Of a DNA stretch of 64,000 nt, positions 8,615 through 18,325 are shown piece after piece. Source of the stretch: a bacterium (GTDB lineage: Bacteria > Patescibacteriota > Minisyncoccia > Phycocordibacterales > VMGT01). The stretch is from assembly GCA_030697645.1 (NCBI GenBank), contig JAUYPI010000003.1:318-64317 (forward strand), in the 5' to 3' direction. Every line of letters starts with the position of its first letter. The stretch's first letter is position 1. The notes beneath the pieces were generated by a model. That model was not told the origin of the DNA and made no database searches. It saw only the letters and a list, made by a program, of their open reading frames with translations. Position numbers and translations under genes: made by a program.

Positions 8615-10411
8615 CTACTGTGCTTTGTTGAAGAACGGCCACACTTTTTCGCGTTCAACATACCAGTCTTTAACCTTGAGAAAGCGCTCGGAGGCCACTG
8701 TCATGACCCCGAGCTCGAGTCCGCCGAGCCGCTCGGGGACGACATAGATGAACTCGGGCGCATAGAGAAAAATGGCGGGCAGATCTTCTTCGACCTCGCG
8801 CTCGAGAGCGCGATAACGCTTGATCCGTTCCGTGTTCGCGGAGACCGTGCGCGCTTCCTCGAGCAGTTTGTCTGCCGTGAGGTTCGTGTACAGAGCGACA
8901 TTGAGTCCGGGGTCCGCGCGCTGCGATGAGTGCCAGAAGGGGTAGAGGTCAAGGTCGCGGCCGATGACCTCGCCGAAGAGAAGCGCGTCATACTCTCGCG
9001 GACGGATGACGTCGTGCTGGAGCGCGCTCATGTCAAAGACGGCGAGCGTGACGCTGATCCCGAGCCGCTCCCATACTTCTTTGATATAGAGTGCGGCGGC
9101 TTTGAGCTCTGCGCTGTCCGCGGTTGCGAGCGTAAAAGCAAGCGTTTTCGTTTCTTTGCCGATGCGTTTTTCGAGTGCGTTAGTTTGGGTGTTTTGTTTC
9201 CAGCCGGCGCGCTCAAGTATTTCTCGCGCCTCGGCGAGGTGCTCGTCCGGCGCTCGGCGCGCCATACGCTCACTCCGGTCCGCGCCACGCTCTCCATCAC
9301 TCGCGCTCCGGTGCGGCTCTACCTCGTCCGCAAGACTCGCGAGTAGCCCGGGCGGGATCGGACCCTCTGCCGGAGAGCCGTAGCCGCGGAGCACACGCTC
9401 GATGAGTGCCGTCTTGTCAATGGCTGCCGCAAGCGCGCGGCGTACCGCCGCCTCCGAGAACACCGGAGAGCGGTTTTGGTTGAGGAAGACGGCAAAGAGG
9501 CGCGGGAGCGTCGAGAGCTCAATGCGAACCCCTGAGGCGGCGAGCCGCTCGGCATAGAACGGCGGCACACTCGTGAGCGTGTCAACATCGCCCGCAGTGT
9601 AGGCATCGAGCAGCGCGGCTTCATTGGGGTAAAAAAGGAACTTGATAGTTTCAAGGTACGGCGTGCCGAGCGCATAGTCCTCGAAGCCCTCGAGCGTGTA
9701 GCTTTTTGGGACGCCGTTTCGATCGCGGTCAATGCGGCGCAGCCGAAACGGCCCCGCGCCGACCGGCTCGCTCATGAGGGTACTGAAGAGAAACGTGTCC
9801 GGGTCGAACTCTCTCCAGAGGCGCGCGGGGAGAATCCCAAGCGTGAGTGCTTCCGGAAACGGCGCATAGGGTTTCGCGAGCGTAAACCGAACATGTCGCT
9901 CATCGAGCGCTTCAACCTGGACACCCTCCCAACTCCCCCGCTTCGGGCTCTTCAGCCGGCTGTCTTGCGCCGCAGCGACGGTGAAGACCACATCCTCGGC
10001 GCGCACGCTCGATCCGTCGTGGAATCGGGCGTCTTCGCGGATCGTAACGGTGTAGGAGAGGTTGTCGTTTGAAATCTCATACGACTCGGCGAGCTCTGGG
10101 GCGAGCGAGCCGTCCGGAAGGGGCTTCAGCAGGCCCGCGTAGAGGAGCGCCGTGAGGTCGCGCTCCGGCTCTGAGAGCGCAAAGAGTGGATTGATGAAGC
10201 GCGGCGTGCCGATGAGGCCTTCCCGGAGCGTGCCGCCCCGAGCGGGTATCTCCTCGAGAAGTACCTCATTCAGCCGGCCGAGCGCGAGGAGCGACGTGCC
10301 GGCGAGGAGGAGCGCGAACACCCAAAAACAGACTCGCTCCAGGGGCGAGAAATTCTTGCGAAGCCGCTCGAGATAGGCAAGCGGCGCTATGGAGAAAGTG
10401 CCGGTTCGCAC
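8615..10411 (-). CDS. ABC transporter substrate-binding protein, family 5 (peptide/nickel type)
   Basis: Signal anchor plus SBP_bac_5-like architecture. GTG start. Confidence 0.7.
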   Translation of the reverse strand: MRTGTFSIAPLAYLERLRKNFSPLERVCFWVFALLLAGTSLLALGRLNEVLLEEIPARGGTLREGLIGTPRFINPLFALSEPERDLTALLYAGLLKPLPDGSLAPELAESYEISNDNLSYTVTIREDARFHDGSSVRAEDVVFTVAAAQDSRLKSPKRGSWEGVQVEALDERHVRFTLAKPYAPFPEALTLGILPARLWREFDPDTFLFSTLMSEPVGAGPFRLRRIDRDRNGVPKSYTLEGFEDYALGTPYLETIKFLFYPNEAALLDAYTAGDVDTLTSVPPFYAERLAASGVRIELSTLPRLFAVFLNQNRSPVFSEAAVRRALAAAIDKTALIERVLRGYGSPAEGPIPPGLLASLADEVEPHRSASDGERGADRSERMARRAPDEHLAEAREILERAGWKQNTQTNALEKRIGKETKTLAFTLATADSAELKAAALYIKEVWERLGISVTLAVFDMSALQHDVIRPREYDALLFGEVIGRDLDLYPFWHSSQRADPGLNVALYTNLTADKLLEEARTVSANTERIKRYRALEREVEEDLPAIFLYAPEFIYVVPERLGGLELGVMTVASERFLKVKDWYVEREKVWPFFNKAQ

Positions 10412-10431
10412 AAAGTGATAGTGTCAGGGCG

Positions 10432-10632
10432 CGGGCAACGCTCTATGGTAACCACTCGCATCTTTTATTTTTGTGCTCGTGCTTCGGTGTTTGGAAATGG
10501 TGTCGCCTCGTTTACGAAAAACACAGAACTCGGCCTCCCTTTGGTCGGCCTCAGACAGCTGTGTTTTTCTACTCGGCTCGCCATTTCCTAAACACCTCTC
10601 GCAATGCACAAAAATAAAAGGCGCGAGTGGTT
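10432..10632. repeat. ~190-bp imperfect palindrome between secG stop and the SBP gene start
   Basis: Arms TAACCACTCGC(A/G)(T/C)CTTTTATTTTTGTGC...AACACAG mirror each other across a centre at ~10535. Confidence 0.5.
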
Positions 10633-10710
10633 ACGCTCTGTGGCGTTGCCGCACCCTATTTTCCGTGCGGTTTTTTTGTCCCGCTAGACTTCTCTCAAAA
10701 AGAAGAAGTC

Positions 10711-10947
10711 TTACTGATGCAGGAATACTGCCGTGAGCGCGGAGAGAAAGAAAAACGATGCGAAGACGATGGTGAGATAGAAGAGCGTTTTTTCAGCGCC
10801 GCGGCGGGTATGAAATCCCACATCCGTGCCAGCTCCGCCGAGCACTTCAGAGAGCCCTGCGCCAGTCTGCTGAAGCAGGATCGTTGCGATGAGGAGGACG
10901 GCGACACCAATCTGGAAATACGGCAATCCGGCCGTAAGCGCAGTCAT
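10711..10947 (-). CDS. secG: preprotein translocase subunit SecG
   Basis: 78 aa. Two TM segments with the LLQQTGAGLSEVLGGAG...RRGAEKTL pattern typical of SecG. Confidence 0.7.
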   Translation of the reverse strand: MTALTAGLPYFQIGVAVLLIATILLQQTGAGLSEVLGGAGTDVGFHTRRGAEKTLFYLTIVFASFFFLSALTAVFLHQ

Positions 10948-11056
10948 GTGTTTCTATTTATACCGCAGAGCGCCGTTTGTAGCAAACATTGACTTTAATA
11001 ATTTTTGTGGCGCAGACTACACATATGCGCACCCCACTCCACGGAAATGGGCCTGA

Positions 11057-11094
11057 CCCCATTTCGCCATTCTGACCCCATTTCGCCATTTCGA
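11057..11094. repeat. tandem direct repeat 2 x 19 bp (GACCCCATTTCGCCATT(C/T)(T/C))
   Basis: Seen directly. Confidence 0.6.
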
Positions 11095-11115
11095 CTAATT
11101 TTTTATCATAGTTGG

Positions 11116-12885
11116 TTATTTTTTAATTTTTTCAAGACCTTTTTTAAGATATGCTTCCATCCTCTTAACATTTTCCTGGAGTTGCTTCAGCGCATAGGCG
11201 TCATCAGCGCTCGTCGGAGTCTCGGACGCTTTGGATAGCCGCTCGACATCGTCCATAATCAATGTGAATATTTTTGTGACCTCGGATTCGACGAGCAACA
11301 CTCGTAAAGAAATTTTCTCCTGCCGTCTTTTATAAAACCAAATTCCTCCGCCAAACCCTGCTATGAGAATAAAGAGAAGAAGCACCGCCGCGCCGCCTTT
11401 CCCGAGCTCTAAGAACCCGATCTGAATAATCGGTTTACTCTTCACTTTGATCGGCGCTGAATCCACAATCAAACTCAACGCGCCTCGCGCATCTTTGCTT
11501 TGGGCTGTTGCGGTATAGCTCCCATTTTTGAATGCTTGGTCAATAGTAAACTCCCAATTCCCTTTCTCGTCGGTGCGTGCCGTCCCCTCTGCGACGAGCG
11601 CCTCTTTTCTATACACCCGAAGAAGGACGTTAATCGCCGGCAGGGCAGTCCCTTTTACGGTCAACCCTTTTTCTTCATCGGAAAACAACTCCTTGGTAAC
11701 AAAGGTAATGGTTGGAGACGCAATAGGAATCGTTTGGAGCGTCACGCTATCCTCAATGCCATTGTCCGCCTCGTCAACCGCTCGTACACTGATGTGCCGC
11801 GTACCGGGAGTTTGTAATGGCAAGGTAAAACTGCCGTCAAATTCTGCTGCGGGGATTTTCAGTACAGCTCCATCCCCTACTCGTATCTGATATTCTTTAA
11901 GACCGGATAGGGCGTCGCTCGTTCTAAATTGAAGTGTGGGAGCCGGGTTGTCGGTTGCCTCACCTTCAACAATGGAGAGCTCAAATCCAAGCGGGGGCTC
12001 GGTATCAATGGCTAAACGGTGATGTGCTGTCGGCCCCCAGCCGACATCGTTTCGAAAACGGATATGCAGATACCACACGCCATCCGAGAGTGAAGCAAAC
12101 GTTTTATTATCAAACAGACCTTCGGATCGTTCGGGCGGGATAGAGTTTGGATATTTATTGAGCGCCGTGCTCACGCCGGAGATATCAAGCGGCACATCCC
12201 ATCGTACCGTAAACTGCGCCACCAGATTATACCAGCGGTTCTCTTCGGGGTAGAGCGGAATTTTGAGCGTGGGCTTCAGGGGCAATTTCCCCGAAGGCAC
12301 GGGTTTCCGGACAATTTGTTCGGGCTCCGGAATTTTTTGTTGCACCGCCGGAGCCTCGGGAGGCTTTCGCTCTGCCTCCGGCGTCTTCGGGGTAACCCTC
12401 TCGGGAATGACCGCAATCGCCGCATCATGCACCTTTGATAAAATATTGGTTCCACTCCCGTCTGATGCGGTAATTGCGGCATCGCTCGCTGAGAGAGTGC
12501 CGGCGCCGCTCCCTTTGGCGGTGAATATAACTCTCAAAATCTGAATGGAGCTGCCGGAAGCGCCGTACGGCGTTCCGCCAACAAATGAAATGGCCCCGTC
12601 GGTATTAGAAAAGTTTGGCTCCTCAAGCCAAAAGCTGAATATCGAACCGGTTTTATCCACAGAAACGACTTCAAGAATATCTTTCGGAAAACGAAGGACT
12701 GCTTGCGCGGCATTGAGACTCACCCCCTCGCTGTCAGTTTTAAGATCGACGGTGAGTTTTTCTCCCATGCCAACTTCGGAACTCGGCGGCGCGATAAAAA
12801 GAGTTGCCGCTTCTGCAACGAAAGCACGCGACAAGGCGCCAAGCCCCCATGCCACGAGTACAATAAGTAAAATTTTAGTTTTCAT
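11116..12885 (-). CDS. cell-surface protein: signal peptide, N-terminal cohesin-like domain, Ig-like middle, C-terminal TM anchor
   Basis: Signal peptide. LRFPKDILEVVSV...GAISFVGG resembles a cohesin beta-sandwich. C-terminal hydrophobic helix plus KRRQEK stop-transfer. Confidence 0.5.
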   Translation of the reverse strand: MKTKILLIVLVAWGLGALSRAFVAEAATLFIAPPSSEVGMGEKLTVDLKTDSEGVSLNAAQAVLRFPKDILEVVSVDKTGSIFSFWLEEPNFSNTDGAISFVGGTPYGASGSSIQILRVIFTAKGSGAGTLSASDAAITASDGSGTNILSKVHDAAIAVIPERVTPKTPEAERKPPEAPAVQQKIPEPEQIVRKPVPSGKLPLKPTLKIPLYPEENRWYNLVAQFTVRWDVPLDISGVSTALNKYPNSIPPERSEGLFDNKTFASLSDGVWYLHIRFRNDVGWGPTAHHRLAIDTEPPLGFELSIVEGEATDNPAPTLQFRTSDALSGLKEYQIRVGDGAVLKIPAAEFDGSFTLPLQTPGTRHISVRAVDEADNGIEDSVTLQTIPIASPTITFVTKELFSDEEKGLTVKGTALPAINVLLRVYRKEALVAEGTARTDEKGNWEFTIDQAFKNGSYTATAQSKDARGALSLIVDSAPIKVKSKPIIQIGFLELGKGGAAVLLLFILIAGFGGGIWFYKRRQEKISLRVLLVESEVTKIFTLIMDDVERLSKASETPTSADDAYALKQLQENVKRMEAYLKKGLEKIKK

Positions 12886-12912
12886 GTTATGACTACACGT
12901 AACTCCTCACAC

Positions 12913-13003
12913 TCGTCATTGCGAGCGGAGCGAAGCAATCCAGAGTATAAGTCTATAGTCCCCCTGGATTGCTTCGTCGCTCCGCTCCTCGCAATGACGA
13001 AAT
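12913..13003. repeat. long hairpin element (36-bp stem GTCATTGCGAGCGGAGCGAAGCAATCCAG / CTGGATTGCTTCGTCGCTCCGCTCCTCGCAATGAC)
   Basis: A second copy at 14747-14867 brackets the dockerin gene. Confidence 0.7.
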
Positions 13004-13026
13004 TTGCCAAAGTTTAGTAAATACCT

Positions 13027-14706
13027 TCATCGTTTTCGTATATTTCGAACGAAAATACTAAAATCGGAAATATCAATGGCGCCGTCTTCATTCAAATCAA
13101 TTAATCGGCGAGACCCCGCGTCTTTTGAGGCCCATCGAGACAGAAAAATACTCCAGTCCTTAATATCAACCCGACCGTCGCCGGAGAAATCCGTTTTGGG
13201 AACGGCAAGGCGCGACACGACTAAGTTTTTTGTTGGTGAAAAATCGCTTTCTTTCTCCTCTTCTTTCTCCCCCCGAGAGAGCAGTTGCTTCACCCGTACC
13301 CGATGCGAGCCAAATTCAAGCATGCTGGTCGGGGCCGCTACCGTATAGGAACCGTCGTCTGCTACTCTGACTTCTTTTTTAATTGTACCATCCATTTCAA
13401 CGACGACACTGCTTCGCGGCGACGCGAATCCGGTAATAGTTGCCTCATCCCCTCGCGTCACCACGGAACGGACGAAAGCAACGGTCGGTGGAACAACGAT
13501 GTCTTTTTCCACCAAATCGTCGGCCAGCGTATTCACATTAAAAAACTTCGTTTGCGTCGTCCGGCCTTCTTTGTCTTTAATCAGAAGGCCGAAGCTATGC
13601 TGACTTTTTAAGACTCCCACAAAACTCGTATTAAAAGAACCGTCATCGTTTGTAATTACGTCTTGACTCACGATTGTCTCGCGGTGGCTATCCTTATCAA
13701 CAACGAACACCTGTGCACCCGGGAAGGCCTTCCCGGAAAAACTTATCGTTGTAGGCGTCACTCCCCCGGATATCGGCTGAGAAGGGGGTGGCTGAATTGT
13801 TAAAGTCGGACATGCTTCATAGGCATCAAGAGTAGCAGCGTCGTTGGTAACACGAAAGCTATAGGTTCGGCCGAGTGGGACATCGTCTGCGGCTTTCAAT
13901 GACCATTCGTATTCCGTGGATTGGCCCTTGAGCATGCTCTGGGCTGACGCTGGATTTGTTGACTCAAGAATCTTTCCAGCGACAAAATTGAGGCCGCCTA
14001 CCAGCTGTTGCGTAGTCGGAGCACTATCATCAAAATTCGTAGACGCCATGAGATTAAAACTGGCGCTTGCGGGAGTAATAATTGCCCAACTGCCTGTAGT
14101 ACAATCGATTCCTTCTTTAAATTCTACACGAGGCGAGATAGTACCATCAGCGGTGCCGAGTTTGATGGCAAAACGAAGACGAAACGGCGTCCCCTGGGGT
14201 ACATTTGTAATGTTCGTATTCTGGCTTACATTTTCAGCCCCATAACCAGTGTCGGTGATTTCAGATCCGTCATCATCTCGAAACCAAAATTTCTGTTGAT
14301 TCCACGATGGTGTTCCACCACCGCCGCCACCACCACTACCTGTTGAAAAGATTGTGGTTTGTGTAGAACTCACATCGAGCCCAGTTGTTTCTGTATCGGA
14401 GAGCGAAAGTGTTACGGTTTCGGCCACGAGATCATTGATTTGTCGCGTGCCAACCCCATTCACGATATCCACCACACCTCCACCGGTTGCCGAACCGCCC
14501 GCAACAAGCGTGACGTCGCTCTGGTATCCGGTATCTACCTGATTATTCTGTTTTCGCGCTTCAACGGTGACCGTAACCGGCACGCCCGCGGTACTATCAT
14601 CGGGATTAACAATAAAAAATTTTACTGCTACGCTCGGAGGAGCGGCTACTGCCGCGACCGGTAGTAAACAGAAAAGCAACAAAAATGGTACAAAAGGCAA
14701 TCGCAT
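13027..14706 (-). CDS. secreted protein with C-terminal type I dockerin domain
   Basis: Signal peptide. C-terminal duplicated Ca-binding segments DFSGDGRVDIKDWSIF and DLNEDGAIDISDFSIF. Gly/Thr-rich linkers. Confidence 0.65.
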   Translation of the reverse strand: MRLPFVPFLLLFCLLPVAAVAAPPSVAVKFFIVNPDDSTAGVPVTVTVEARKQNNQVDTGYQSDVTLVAGGSATGGGVVDIVNGVGTRQINDLVAETVTLSLSDTETTGLDVSSTQTTIFSTGSGGGGGGGTPSWNQQKFWFRDDDGSEITDTGYGAENVSQNTNITNVPQGTPFRLRFAIKLGTADGTISPRVEFKEGIDCTTGSWAIITPASASFNLMASTNFDDSAPTTQQLVGGLNFVAGKILESTNPASAQSMLKGQSTEYEWSLKAADDVPLGRTYSFRVTNDAATLDAYEACPTLTIQPPPSQPISGGVTPTTISFSGKAFPGAQVFVVDKDSHRETIVSQDVITNDDGSFNTSFVGVLKSQHSFGLLIKDKEGRTTQTKFFNVNTLADDLVEKDIVVPPTVAFVRSVVTRGDEATITGFASPRSSVVVEMDGTIKKEVRVADDGSYTVAAPTSMLEFGSHRVRVKQLLSRGEKEEEKESDFSPTKNLVVSRLAVPKTDFSGDGRVDIKDWSIFLSRWASKDAGSRRLIDLNEDGAIDISDFSIFVRNIRKR

Positions 14707-14746
14707 AGTGGGGCTAACTTTGGATCACACGCAAAAGCACTGGTAT

Positions 14747-14867
14747 TCCGTCATTGCGAGCGGAGCGAAGCAATCCAGAATATCATCTGTGGCAAGACTT
14801 GTCTGAAGAGGTTTAATCCTGGATTGCTTCGTCACTCCGCTCCGCTGCGTTCCTCGCAAAGACGAAC
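14747..14867. repeat. long hairpin element, second copy of the GTCATTGCGAGCGGAGCGAAGCAATCCAG inverted pair
   Basis: Seen directly. Confidence 0.7.
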
Positions 14868-14902
14868 GTGAGTCAGAACCATGCTTTTGCGTATGATCCG
14901 TA

Positions 14903-15304
14903 CTAACTCTTGACCGGCGGAGTTTTTACCGCTTTTTTCCCCTCCAGATACGCTTTGGTTTTTTCAATCACCTCCTCAATCGGGTGCTGGGATTTTACAA
15001 AATAATCATCCGCGCCGAGCGCGAGCGCCCGTTTGATTTGTGTGTCATCGCCAAGATTGGAAAGCACGATAATCGGAATCAGCTTCCAGTCCGGATTTTT
15101 CTTCACTTCTTCCAACACATAAAAGCCGTCCTTTTTGGGCATCAAGAGATCGAGCAGAATGATATTCGGCTTCATCTTTTTTATATGCTCCACCGCTTCT
15201 TCTCCGTCTGCCGCCGTATCCACACTACAGCCCTCGGATTCGAGATTATCCTTCAGCGCCCGCATCAAAAACTCTTCATCTTCAACGATTAATACTTTGC
15301 TCAT
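14903..15304 (-). CDS. response regulator, receiver domain only (CheY-like)
   Basis: DD...D...T...K receiver pattern. 133 aa. Confidence 0.85.
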   Translation of the reverse strand: MSKVLIVEDEEFLMRALKDNLESEGCSVDTAADGEEAVEHIKKMKPNIILLDLLMPKKDGFYVLEEVKKNPDWKLIPIIVLSNLGDDTQIKRALALGADDYFVKSQHPIEEVIEKTKAYLEGKKAVKTPPVKS

Positions 15305-15308
15305 ACGT

Positions 15309-16850
15309 TTAGGTTGTAGATTTTAGCTTCGGAACGCGTAAATAAAATATCGACCCTTTGCCGGGCTCCGATTCAAGGAGAATTTTCGCCCCGATTTTCT
15401 CCGCGAGCATTGAGGCGACATATAGGCCCAACCCAGTGCCATCGGGCTTGAATTTTTTGGCATTGGACGCGCGGTAAAATTTTTCAAAGATGCGCCCCTG
15501 CTCGTCGTTGGGTATCCCGATGCCGCTGTCTTTCACGGAAAATACCACACTCCCTGTTTCTTCGGTGACGTCAAAAAATATATCCTGCCCCCGCTCGGAA
15601 TAATTGATTGCGTTTACGATAAACGTCTCAAGAATGGAGCGCAGCATCTCCGCGTCAGTCTCGACAACGGTCGTGGCGAGATTTTTCACGTCCGCGTGAA
15701 GCCGCACCCCTCTCTGCTCGGCGACAGGCGCCGTCGCGAGAGAAACGTCTCGAGCGAGGCGCGCAAGGGAAATCGCTTCTGTTTTCATCGCGACGTCGCC
15801 GCCCTCGATACGTAAGGCGTTCAGCATGTCAAAGACGATTTTGAGCGCGCGCTCGTTCAATTGGTAGATTTGATCAAGATATTCTTGCTGTTTTTGATTT
15901 ACAGTACCGAGTATCTTTCGATCGAGCGTTTCAACGAACCACTTGATGCCGGAGAGCGGCGTTCGCAGTTGGTGCGAGGCAAGAGCAAGAAATTCAGTTT
16001 TCATGCGATCAATTTCCTTTTCTTTGGTAATATCGCGAAATACTTCAACGGCGCCTATAATTTTTCCGTCTAAAGTGACGGGGGTGACAATACCCGACGC
16101 AGGAAACCTGGTTTTATCTTTGCGAATATAATACCAACTACTACTACTACTACTAGTAGTAGTAGTTCCCACCAATGCCTGCGTTATTGCTCTTTCTTGA
16201 GGCGGCACCAAATTCCCGGCTTCATCTTCTTGTGGCACTACTTCAACCATTCGTTTCCCCGCGATTTCCTTTTCACCCCAGCCGGTGAGCGCTTCAAAAG
16301 CTTTACTGATGAAAAGAATATTTCCTTCCTTATCGACTGCCACAAGTCCCTCGCCGATGCCTGACAAAATTGCCTCATCTTTGGCTTTGGTATTATCCAG
16401 CGCTTCTTTTTCAACTTGAAGGTCTTCGAAGACGTTTTTGGCGGCCGTCCTTGCATTTTCCAAATCCTCCTCTATCTGCTTTCGGTCAGTGATATTTTGC
16501 AACACTGCCACAAAAAATCCTTTTTGGGGACTATACGCCGAAACCAAAAACCACATCGATAACGGTTTAACGTATATTTCGAACCTCTTTGATTTTCCAG
16601 TTAAATAAAGCCGGCCGTAAATCTCAAACAATTCAGGATTAGACGCGCGAATTCCCGGAATTATCTCTGATATTTTCTTTCCTGTAACATTTTTCAATCC
16701 CGTCAGATTTTCATAATTTTTATTAACCCTTAAATGGATCCAATCTATCAGGTTTCCTTGCATATCAAAAATCATTTGGCAGTAAGCCAAACCGTCAAGC
16801 ATATTATCAAAAAGCGACTCATAAAAGACGCTGGGATCTTCGGGTTTCAT
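15309..16850 (-). CDS. PAS-domain sensor histidine kinase
   Basis: HisKA H-box (ASHQLRTPL) and HATPase G-boxes (GTGLGLYV). Lower GC. Contains the (CTA)5(GTA)4 triplet palindrome at 16136-16165. Confidence 0.85.
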   Translation of the reverse strand: MKPEDPSVFYESLFDNMLDGLAYCQMIFDMQGNLIDWIHLRVNKNYENLTGLKNVTGKKISEIIPGIRASNPELFEIYGRLYLTGKSKRFEIYVKPLSMWFLVSAYSPQKGFFVAVLQNITDRKQIEEDLENARTAAKNVFEDLQVEKEALDNTKAKDEAILSGIGEGLVAVDKEGNILFISKAFEALTGWGEKEIAGKRMVEVVPQEDEAGNLVPPQERAITQALVGTTTTSSSSSSWYYIRKDKTRFPASGIVTPVTLDGKIIGAVEVFRDITKEKEIDRMKTEFLALASHQLRTPLSGIKWFVETLDRKILGTVNQKQQEYLDQIYQLNERALKIVFDMLNALRIEGGDVAMKTEAISLARLARDVSLATAPVAEQRGVRLHADVKNLATTVVETDAEMLRSILETFIVNAINYSERGQDIFFDVTEETGSVVFSVKDSGIGIPNDEQGRIFEKFYRASNAKKFKPDGTGLGLYVASMLAEKIGAKILLESEPGKGSIFYLRVPKLKSTT

Positions 16851-16921
16851 TTTTTGTCGGCCATTTTTATGATTACCATTGTGATTTTTCCGGTTCCATT
16901 CTTGCCGTTGCCGTTTTTAAC

Positions 16922-17485
16922 TCACTGCCGCTTCAGAATTTCAATTTCTTTTTTAAGCTCCGCCATTTTCAATTCTCTACCAACCATACTTTTATTTGTC
17001 TTCTCTAATTCTTTAATTTTATCAGTAAGTTCTTCTGTTTGTTCTGCCACTTTTTTCTCCAGTTCATTTGTATAATCGTCTAATTTTATTTCAAGCTCCT
17101 TTCTGACAGTTATGTCTTCAATGGCTAATATGATCAATTGCACCGAATCTATCTGCATGGCGTTGAGCAGCATTATTTTTTGCCCGATTGTTTCAAACTC
17201 ATGCCTAACCTCATAATCTTTTACAACTTTTTTATTAGGCAAAATGTCTTCCAGCAATTTTTTCAATTTAGGAATATTCCATTGGCCATTTCCTAATCCA
17301 TAAAGAGATTTGGCCTCTGTTTGTTTTTGCGAGACCTGAAAGGTTTGGTAAAAAACTGGGTTTGCCGAAATCACCACAAGATTAGAGTCAAGAATTAAGA
17401 ATGCCTCTCTGGAAACATCTACCAGTGTTTTCATGTAATGCAAGGCAAGTTCTTTGTTGTCTAATATATTTTTATTATTTTCCAT
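16922..17485 (-). CDS. PAS domain plus coiled-coil protein (possibly the detached N-terminal part of the downstream kinase)
   Basis: PAS fold followed by a heptad-rich C-terminus. The ORF track starts at TTG 17503; ATG at 17485 is preferred. Confidence 0.55.
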   Translation of the reverse strand: MENNKNILDNKELALHYMKTLVDVSREAFLILDSNLVVISANPVFYQTFQVSQKQTEAKSLYGLGNGQWNIPKLKKLLEDILPNKKVVKDYEVRHEFETIGQKIMLLNAMQIDSVQLIILAIEDITVRKELEIKLDDYTNELEKKVAEQTEELTDKIKELEKTNKSMVGRELKMAELKKEIEILKRQ

Positions 17486-17761
17486 ATTTTTAGTTTTAAT
17501 CAAACAATTCCTCGCAGCTCTGCTGCGAGGTCGTACAGAACTCGAACGAAGTCACAGCCAGAAAAAAATTATGAGCGAAGCTCCTTTAGATACCTCGGAG
17601 CAGAGCTCCGAGGTAGTTCATTTTACTTTTTAGCTAAGTTTATTTCGACCTTTATGCCCCCGTTAGAAGTACCGGCTTTCTATTTTCCAATAGGGCGATA
17701 AAACAAAAACACGCGGCCAAAAAGCAGCATGTAAAAACTTTCCTCTAAACGGAGGATCAGA

Positions 17762-17786
17762 GAGAGAGAGAGAGAGAGAGAGACGA
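17762..17786. repeat. (GA)12 dinucleotide microsatellite
   Basis: Seen directly. Confidence 0.9.
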
Positions 17787-18045
17787 AACCCGTGCCAAAT
17801 TTTGATATCCAGTGAGCATAAGTTTATGATACCATCAACTTGAAATGTTACCCACATCATTGTGGATAAAATCTTTATTCCCCGTGTTATACGGCGGGTC
17901 AATGTAGATGACATCCATCTTGCCTTTGTGGGTATAGTTGAGCACCGAGAGGGCGTGGTAATTCAGTTATACCGTCGCAGCGTGCTGCACGGTTCGTGAT
18001 TGTTACCGTATATTTCACGAAGAAGATAAAAGAAGGTGAAATCGT

Positions 18046-18291
18046 ATGGCAAAAAAAATAAACAAAAAAGTAACGGGCATTGCTCCGATTCGGGTGTGCT
18101 ACGATTCTTTCGGGAACACGCTGAACGTATGGTTTGACGATCCGGCAAAAGAGCATATCTCTGAAGAGGTGGGAGACGAAGTGATTTTGAACAAAGATCG
18201 TCGCGGGCGGGTTATCGGTTTTGAAAAGCTTAATTTTTCTCACTTCACCGGCAGCCTCACGAAGCTCCCCATAGAATCTCGTGCGTGGTAG
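18046..18291 (+). CDS. DUF2283-family small protein
   Basis: IRVCYDSFGNTLNVWF...GRVIGFEKLNFS matches the DUF2283 pattern. Preferred over the overlapping antisense ORF 17899..18318. Confidence 0.5.
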   Translation: MAKKINKKVTGIAPIRVCYDSFGNTLNVWFDDPAKEHISEEVGDEVILNKDRRGRVIGFEKLNFSHFTGSLTKLPIESRAW

Positions 18292-18325
18292 ACGAGAGAC
18301 GACATGTCGCACCACCAAGCGTGGT

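Noticed and set aside
17899-18318. 139-aa minus-strand ORF overlapping the DUF2283 gene. Also checked upstream of DUF2283 for a DUF4258 partner.
   Set aside because: No domain. The plus-strand ORF matches a known family. No partner ORF is present.
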